From positions 1 through 50,542 of the forward strand of contig MNVN01000015.1 in assembly GCA_001871765.1 (NCBI GenBank): a stretch of 50,542 nt of DNA, in the 5' to 3' direction. The notes beneath the pieces are model-generated. The model saw only the letters and a list, made by a program, of their open reading frames with translations, was not told where the DNA came from and did not search any database. The translations under genes and the position numbers were made by a program. Below, piece by piece: positions 48,584 through 50,542 of the stretch. Each line of letters opens with the position of its first letter. Position 1 is the stretch's first letter. Source of the DNA: Candidatus Nomurabacteria bacterium CG1_02_43_90 (GTDB lineage: Bacteria > Patescibacteriota > Minisyncoccia > Phycocordibacterales > UBA1550).

Positions 48584-50241
48584 ATTTATTTTATACATCA
48601 AGTATTATATTATTTTTTTTAAGTTTTTTTATGGGTTTTTTAGTATATTTAAAAGATAAAAAAAACAAATTAAATAGGCTATGGTTTATTTTTTCTATTT
48701 TTGTTGCAACTTGGTCAATGCTTCTTTATCTTGTTTCTTCTGCGCAGAACGAACTAGATGCAGAGAAATGGCAGTATGCCCTTGATATATCGGCATTAGG
48801 TATTCCTGTGGCTTATTTTTATTTTATTACCAACTTCCTTAGTTTAAAGGTTAAGCGCGTTACGTCGATAATTATTTTTGGGGCAACTTTGGATTTGATA
48901 TTTTTTAGCACAACAACTCTCTTTAAAGTTGGGGTTATAAAGAAGTTTGCATTTTTCTGGGTTGATACTGGTCCATATTATTTTATTTTCCCATTTTTTT
49001 TTCTCTCGTTGATTTTTTGTGCGATAGCACTCCTTGTTATAGAATATCGTAAAAAAATAAATAGCATTGAAAGGAAAAAACAAATTAAATACCAACTCAT
49101 TGCGGGTGCTATTGGTTTTTCTGGTGGAGTAGTTAATTTTCTCCCACAGCTTTTCGATGTGTTTCCTTTTGGGAGCCATATCATTTTAGTTTATACTTCT
49201 ATTGTAAGTTATATGATATTTAAATACCGTCTTTTCAATGTACGCCTCATTCTTGTTGAAATCGCCATATTTTTACTCAACTTGTTTTTGTTCCTAAACA
49301 TTTTTACTTCGTACGCTAAAGTAGATTTTATTTTGAACGTTTCGGTTTCAGTAACTGTTTTTATTCTGAGCACCCTTCTTTTGAGAGGTATTTATAGAGA
49401 CATCAATGACCGAGAAAAAATTGCAGTACTTGCTCAGAATATGTCTATCGCGAATGATCGGTTACGCACGATGGAGGAGCAAAAAACTGAGTTTGTCTCG
49501 ATAGCCTCGCATCAACTCCGCACGCCCCTGACCGTTATTAAGGGATACGCATCCATGATACTTGAGGGGACTTTTGGGGCAACAAGCCCTACTGTTCGTG
49601 AAGCCGTCGAGAACCTATACAAATCAAGTGAAAAGATTGTTGTCCTTGTCGAGGACCTTTTGACCGTATCACGTATTGAACAGGGACGTATGGCACTTGT
49701 TTTTGAAAAAGTAAATTTGGTTAATTTTTTACAAGATGTTTTTTCAGAAATTATTACGGAAACAAGAGAAGCAGGTATCGATATCGCCTTTAACGTGGAA
49801 GGGAATAAGCAATTTTTTGTAAGTATTGATCCAGGAAAGTTTAAACAAGCGCTAAGACATATCCTTGATAATGCCATCAAATACACGCCAGGAGGAGGAA
49901 GAATACGAGTTTCAATTTCCCGAGAAAATCTATCTGAAAAGGCACGCATTGCTATTTCTGATACGGGGATAGGAATGAGCCCAGAGCAATTAAAATCCAT
50001 TTTTGAAAGCTTTAACCTAAGGGCAGAAATGAACAATTCAAAATCTACTAAGGTAAATAGTAAAGACGACGATAATGCTGAGCAAGAACTCGAACGTTCT
50101 CCTATAGCTAAAAATAATACAATGGGAATCGGACTCTATATTGCCGAGGAGATTATTGATGCGCATAATGGAAATTTGCGTATTGAATCTGCAGGTACCG
50201 GTACCGGTACGACCGTAATTGTGGACATACCTTGTGTCTAA
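48580..50241 (+). CDS. Sensor histidine kinase with multi-TM (7TM-like) input domain
   Basis: EFVSIASHQLRTPLT H-box, LDNAIKYT, DTGIG, GIGLY. Confidence 0.92.
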   Translation: MNLFYTSSIILFFLSFFMGFLVYLKDKKNKLNRLWFIFSIFVATWSMLLYLVSSAQNELDAEKWQYALDISALGIPVAYFYFITNFLSLKVKRVTSIIIFGATLDLIFFSTTTLFKVGVIKKFAFFWVDTGPYYFIFPFFFLSLIFCAIALLVIEYRKKINSIERKKQIKYQLIAGAIGFSGGVVNFLPQLFDVFPFGSHIILVYTSIVSYMIFKYRLFNVRLILVEIAIFLLNLFLFLNIFTSYAKVDFILNVSVSVTVFILSTLLLRGIYRDINDREKIAVLAQNMSIANDRLRTMEEQKTEFVSIASHQLRTPLTVIKGYASMILEGTFGATSPTVREAVENLYKSSEKIVVLVEDLLTVSRIEQGRMALVFEKVNLVNFLQDVFSEIITETREAGIDIAFNVEGNKQFFVSIDPGKFKQALRHILDNAIKYTPGGGRIRVSISRENLSEKARIAISDTGIGMSPEQLKSIFESFNLRAEMNNSKSTKVNSKDDDNAEQELERSPIAKNNTMGIGLYIAEEIIDAHNGNLRIESAGTGTGTTVIVDIPCV

Positions 50242-50299
50242 CGAAGATAAAGTTAAAGAGTCTTTAAAACTTTAATGAGGGGTATGATACAATACTGAT

Positions 50300-50542
50300 A
50301 TGAATGTTTCAACACTTGATATTATTCACAATATATCGTTTACGGGATGGACTGTTGTTCTGGTAAGTTTTTTGCTCACTCTTTTTTCAGGGATTATTTT
50401 TTGGCAAGATGTAACAAAACGAAGTAATCGTTTTTTCTTTTTCTTCGGAATCGTTATTGGAGTATGGGGTCTTGCATATGCATTTTTTGAGGGAACCTTG
50501 AGCACACCTCTTATCCATCAGTCAATCATCCTCCTTTATTTA
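50300..50542 (+). CDS. 5' part of a second multi-TM sensor-like protein (truncated by window edge)
   Basis: Open from ATG 50300 to the end: MNVSTLDII..IFWQDVTKRSNRFFFFFGIVIGVWG, similar to the kinase N-terminus (LKDKKNKLNRLWF). Confidence 0.65.
   Translation, partial: MNVSTLDIIHNISFTGWTVVLVSFLLTLFSGIIFWQDVTKRSNRFFFFFGIVIGVWGLAYAFFEGTLSTPLIHQSIILLYL

Overview
Chromosomal window from a small-genome bacterium, most likely Patescibacteria/CPR (Parcubacteria-like). That assignment is inferred from the 77-aa ATP synthase epsilon, the C-terminally truncated AlaRS, the Nudix-inserted LeuRS, few Shine-Dalgarno sites and several CPR-style hypothetical families; genetic code 11 fits. Core content is eno-gpmI, the F1Fo atp operon, ychF, leuS, mltG, mnmA, alaS, infA-rpmJ-rpsMKD-rpoA-rplQ-rplM-rpsI and grpE-dnaK-dnaJ. 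Accessory content: (i) a pilin locus downstream of an atypical tRNA-Val(CAC) whose 3' end is part of a ~100-nt hairpin; (ii) a hicB plus frameshifted hicA module inserted between atpG and atpD, followed by a Y-shaped structured atpD leader; (iii) a DNA/nucleotide-processing cluster (UDG, frameshifted SLOG protein, DEDD exonuclease, Cas4-like nuclease, cN-III-like 5'-nucleotidase); (iv) an ATP-cone/nuclease, MgtC, unannotated 31-aa membrane peptide and RipA-like membrane protein cluster, the best candidate for an undescribed system; (v) a candidate ncRNA upstream of an FtsA-like/baseplate-J-like gene pair; (vi) an AT-rich acyltransferase, HAD and histidine-kinase operon. No CRISPR array, rRNA, integrase, transposase or reverse transcriptase was seen. 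All family calls come from motif recognition by eye, not database searches.
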